32,000 nucleotides of DNA from Schaalia odontolytica. Lineage in GTDB: Bacteria; Actinomycetota; Actinomycetes; Actinomycetales; Actinomycetaceae. Where the stretch lies: contig NZ_CP040006.1 of the NCBI RefSeq assembly GCF_005696695.1, positions 1,590,001-1,622,000 on the forward strand, written 5' to 3'. Shown here piece after piece: positions 30,572 to 32,000 of the stretch. Both the position numbers and the translations under genes were made by a program. Each line of letters starts with the position of its first letter. Position 1 is the stretch's first letter. The notes under the pieces are model-generated. The model did not search any database, was not told the origin of the DNA, and worked only from the letters and a program-made list of their open reading frames with translations.

Positions 30572-31500
30572 GGCTGCCACCTCTCGTAGCACGTCGAGCC
30601 GCCCACGCGGGCAGCCAGGATCGCGGCACCCCAGCGGCCGCCCGCTCCCCCGAGGGAGGCGCGAACGATCTCGGGAGCGTCACGGAATGTCAGCATCGAA
30701 GCGAATTCCTCGCGCAGCGGCGCCAGCAGGTTCTCGCCCGCGTGCGACAGGCCGCCGCCGATGATGATGCGCTCGACGTCGACGGTGAGCGTCATGTGGG
30801 TGAGGGAGAGCGCGAGTGCGCGAACCGCGGTGTCCCACACCTCGGTCGCGACCGGGTCGGTACCGATGCCAGCCTCGACAGCCTTCGCACCGATATCCTC
30901 GCCGGTCGCCTGCTCGTAGCGCCTCGCGATGCCCTTCGCCGAGGCGTAGACCTCCAGGCACCCGCGCGACCCGCAGCGGCAGGACTCACCACCGGGGAAG
31001 ACGGGCGCGTGCCCAACTTCGCCGGCGCTAAACGTCGCGCCACTCCACAGGTTGTCCCCAAGCATGAGAGCCACGGAGATGCCGGTACCGATGGGCATCA
31101 TGAGGAAGGAGGAAGCCCCTCGGCCCGCGCCGAGGAGTCCCTCAGCCAGGCCGGCGGCGCGCCCGTCGTGCATGAGTGCGGCGGGCACGCCCGTGGCGTC
31201 CTCAACCGCGCGGGCCAGCTGGACGCCGCGCAGCTCGAGGTTCGCCGCGTACACGACGGTCCCGCTCTCCTCATCGACGAGGCCGGGGCAGATCAGGCCG
31301 AAACCGACCAATCCCGGATAGTCACTCGCGAGTCGCGCGCCGATTCGTCCCACCTGAGTGGCCACGGCCTCGCGGTTGGTCGGCTCGTTTCCCTGAGTGA
31401 GGATCGCGCCCGCCTCATCGACGATCATCCACTTGATGGATGTGCCGCCGATGTCGATGCCCGCAAATACCGGGCCCTCAGAATCCTTGACGGCGCTCAT
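30568..31500 (-). CDS. ROK family sugar kinase (probable N-acetylglucosamine/glucose kinase)
   Basis: FAGIDIGGTSIKWMIVD is the ATP-binding motif, and CRCGSRGCLEVYAS is the ROK zinc motif. The ATG overlaps the stop of the upstream gene (ATGA at 31500-31497). Confidence 0.85.
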   Translation of the reverse strand: MSAVKDSEGPVFAGIDIGGTSIKWMIVDEAGAILTQGNEPTNREAVATQVGRIGARLASDYPGLVGFGLICPGLVDEESGTVVYAANLELRGVQLARAVEDATGVPAALMHDGRAAGLAEGLLGAGRGASSFLMMPIGTGISVALMLGDNLWSGATFSAGEVGHAPVFPGGESCRCGSRGCLEVYASAKGIARRYEQATGEDIGAKAVEAGIGTDPVATEVWDTAVRALALSLTHMTLTVDVERIIIGGGLSHAGENLLAPLREEFASMLTFRDAPEIVRASLGGAGGRWGAAILAARVGGSTCYERWQP

Positions 31501-32000
31501 GGTACGACGACCTGAGCATGCAGATCGGGATCTGCCATATCGGGATCGAAGGGGAACATCGGGCGCTCAATCTTGTGGTGACCGAGGCGGATGAGGTCCT
31601 GATCGACGCCACCGGGGGTCAGCGCCATGAGCCAGCCCTTCTGGGTCTCGTACAGGTCGGGCTCCAGGTAACCGATCTTGACAACGATGACGTCGGCGGT
31701 GGTGATATCCACGCCGAGCAGCTCGAACTGGCTGTACATCGTGTACTGGTTGCGGTTCGTCGTGATGATGAAGCGCAGGCCGCCCGTGCGCAGCAGCGCG
31801 GTGTGGCCACCCATCGGGTCGTCAGCGAGGGCCTCGACCGTGGCGTGGACGTTCAGTGTTCCGGGCTCGCGGGTATCGATGTGTCCGCCGACCTCGAGGT
31901 CGACCTCGGCGCCGACGCCAGCCTCCCACGCAACGGCGGCCGCGGCGGGATCGATGATCGAGGCGTAGATGACGTCGAGCGTGGCCTCCTGGACGGGCTT
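31497..32000 (-). CDS. M81 family metallopeptidase / MlrC-like protein, C-terminal part (5' end outside the window)
   Basis: The frame stays open upstream of the listed Met to the window edge (KPVQEATLDVIYASIIDPAAAAVAWEAGVGAEVDLEVGGHID...). The C-terminal segment NRNQYTMYSQFELLGVDITTADVIVVKIGYLEPDLY resembles the MlrC C-terminal domain as I recall it. Confidence 0.7.
   Translation of the reverse strand, partial: KPVQEATLDVIYASIIDPAAAAVAWEAGVGAEVDLEVGGHIDTREPGTLNVHATVEALADDPMGGHTALLRTGGLRFIITTNRNQYTMYSQFELLGVDITTADVIVVKIGYLEPDLYETQKGWLMALTPGGVDQDLIRLGHHKIERPMFPFDPDMADPDLHAQVVVP

Overview
High-GC actinobacterial chromosomal segment. Gene content suggests an Actinomycetaceae-like genome, but I cannot verify the taxon. 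I call about 30 protein genes and one initiator tRNA-Met. All family assignments rest on recognised motifs, since no searches could be run.

Most of the content is core housekeeping, in two blocks that (from memory) mirror mycobacterial neighbourhoods:
- Block i: UPF0182 membrane protein, PPA1309-like protein, PDZ-Lon protease, DUF2342 metalloprotease-like protein, E1-like protein, UvrD2, NudC.
- Block ii: RNase PH-RdgB, then MBL hydrolase-MurI-DUF2017-ClpS and PncB.

The flanks carry a GH66/ricin glycosidase fragment, a DUF4232 lipoprotein, an amino-acid permease, MgtC, a Q/G-rich tandem-repeat membrane protein, an SF2 helicase coupled to DUF3039, and an amino-sugar operon (M81 peptidase-ROK-CutC-NagB). 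I saw no CRISPR array, transposase, integrase or recognisable defence genes.

The most unusual element is an 833-bp ORF-free, lower-GC island (26003-26835) between the convergent pncB and helicase genes. It consists of five diverged tandem modules whose hairpin stems co-vary and which contain mutually exclusive pairings. I read it as a candidate structured-RNA array or REP/BIME-like element.

Secondary leads:
- A 40-aa basic ORF with a strong SD next to an AT-rich islet, at what looks like an inversion junction.
- An orphan TOMM-type E1-like protein.
- A dispersed terminator motif, GCCCCGGCCTCGT.
- Near-perfect in-frame tandem repeats in the Q/G-rich membrane protein.
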